Shown in pieces: positions 63,013-64,000 of a stretch of DNA of 64,000 bases. Numbering within the stretch: position 1 is the stretch's first letter; the number at the start of each line of letters is the position of its first letter. Source of the DNA: Verrucomicrobiota bacterium (lineage in GTDB: Bacteria > Verrucomicrobiota > Kiritimatiellia > JAHIZV01); contig JAHIZV010000218.1 of assembly GCA_018814445.1 (NCBI GenBank), positions 2,285-66,284 on the forward strand, given 5' to 3'. The position numbers were made by a program, and so were the translations under genes. The notes under the pieces are model-generated. The model was not told where the DNA came from, made no database searches, and saw only the letters and a program-made list of their open reading frames with translations.

Positions 63013-64000
63013 ATGTCCAAAGAGCGTGTCCTGTATGGCAGGAAGATTGTTCCGCACCATATGATGAATTACGCGGAGCAGGTTTACGACATCCTGATTG
63101 GCGAAATCGAGGCTGGTCGCTGGAAGGTCGACGACCGCTTGCCCGGGGTCATCAACCTCGCGAAGGAACTCGGTTTCGGGACCAAGACAATCCAGACAGC
63201 CTATGACCGGCTTAAGGAGGATGGATATCTACGAACCCTCGGTTATCGAGGCACCTATCTACAGTCCCGACATCCACGCGCCGAAGCAGCAGCGGGCAAG
63301 ATCGGGGTGTTGGTTTCGGAAGAGCAAACGGGACAGCCTCTCATTCTCTGGTATGAGCATGTTATCCTGCAGACGGCGCGCCGCAAGAACCTCGTCACCG
63401 AAGTGAAGGTCCTGCCGGATTTAATGGATTTCGGCAAAGCTAATCAGAAGGGCGCGTTGTTTGGAGAAGGCGTCGGCGGAATCATTTCTCTTGCGCCTTT
63501 CGGAATGCCCGTCCGCTTTGGCGACTTAGACGGAAGCTTGCCCGTGGTATTTCTCTGCCCTCCTTTTGAAACATGTGCGCCTAAAGTGTGTGCCGACGTT
63601 CGGGACGCCTACTACGAACTGACTTCAAGAGTGATTCGCCATGGTCACACTCAGGTGGTGTTCTCGGAAGACAGCTTCGAGCCTGATCCGCGGCAAACGG
63701 TGATGCATCGCGAGGGTTACCTGGAAGCTATGAAGGAATACGGGCTTTCGGTTGATCAGTTCGTCATGGATGCGTCCCGACGGGTAACAAACGCTGATTC
63801 ATCAAGCGTGCTGGGTCATCTGACCGCCATGCTCGAAATGGATGCGGCAGAGCGGCCCACGGCCATTATAGCCGGTTCCCTGGGCCGGAGCATGGCATTG
63901 AGCCGTGTTGCCCCAATGCGCCAGATCGACATCCCGCAGGATGTCAGTGTGGTCTCGATCGGCTCCGACTACATTGATGGGGACAACGGACCTCAGATCA
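63013..64000 (+). CDS. AraR-like regulator: GntR-family winged-HTH N-terminus fused to a LacI/PBP-type sugar-binding domain. 5'-complete; it runs off the 3' end of the window. Not in the ORF track.
   Basis: ATG at ~63013. Translation is open to the window end (~329 codons). 'YAEQVYDILIGEIEAGRWKVDDRLPGVINLAKELGFGTKTIQTAYDRLKEDGYL' is a GntR HTH. The following 'KIGVLVSEEQTGQP ... VVFLCPPFE ... AIIAGSLGRSMAL' is PBP-like. Confidence 0.8.
   Translation, partial: MSKERVLYGRKIVPHHMMNYAEQVYDILIGEIEAGRWKVDDRLPGVINLAKELGFGTKTIQTAYDRLKEDGYLRTLGYRGTYLQSRHPRAEAAAGKIGVLVSEEQTGQPLILWYEHVILQTARRKNLVTEVKVLPDLMDFGKANQKGALFGEGVGGIISLAPFGMPVRFGDLDGSLPVVFLCPPFETCAPKVCADVRDAYYELTSRVIRHGHTQVVFSEDSFEPDPRQTVMHREGYLEAMKEYGLSVDQFVMDASRRVTNADSSSVLGHLTAMLEMDAAERPTAIIAGSLGRSMALSRVAPMRQIDIPQDVSVVSIGSDYIDGDNGPQI

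Overview
GC-rich bacterial chromosomal window, probably from a PVC-superphylum organism (Verrucomicrobia/Lentisphaerae/Kiritimatiellae-like): it carries two PEP-CTERM proteins, a DUF1559-type prepilin pseudopilin, many giant secreted multidomain enzymes and weak Shine-Dalgarno usage. Roughly 1-23 kb is housekeeping: a cNMP-sensing histidine kinase with a response regulator, gcvH-lipB, tRNA-Cys, a three-PAS hybrid kinase, panCB, folK-dapB (TAATG overlap), dapA, lysA, an argJ-argB-argD-argG operon with unusual heptamer-periodic intergenic repeats, and rplM-rpsI with an intrinsic terminator. Roughly 24-63 kb is a dense carbohydrate-active island: tandem beta-helix paralogs; a 1624-aa CotH-kinase protein with lamin-tail domains; a GH99/GH71-like lipoprotein; a TPR protein; a LacI-family regulator; a PL1-like pectate lyase; a 1356-aa hydrolase-like protein; two paralogous ~1300-aa SGNH-esterase proteins; GH1; an esterase; GH65; an ExbB-ExbD-ExbD-TolA-like operon fused to a CBM/beta-helix lipoprotein; and a 5'-partial AraR-like GntR regulator at the window end. 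Three cross-cutting signals look undescribed. First, a ~190-aa 'DFG...YWNSW...LSGLDTG..Y.LR.F...MEI' domain occurs in 8 copies across four giant proteins. Second, a dockerin/TSP3-like Ca-binding motif plus a ~90-aa beta-rich tail ('SRTNLLAG.W ... hhhRh') terminates five different giant enzymes. Third, a perfect palindrome TTTACGTAAA(G) recurs in five divergent promoter regions of the island and is a candidate operator for the LacI-family or AraR-like regulator. No CRISPR array, transposase or prophage signal was seen. Coordinates that I derived by indexing the sequence display (starts, motifs, repeats) may be off by 1-2 nt in places.
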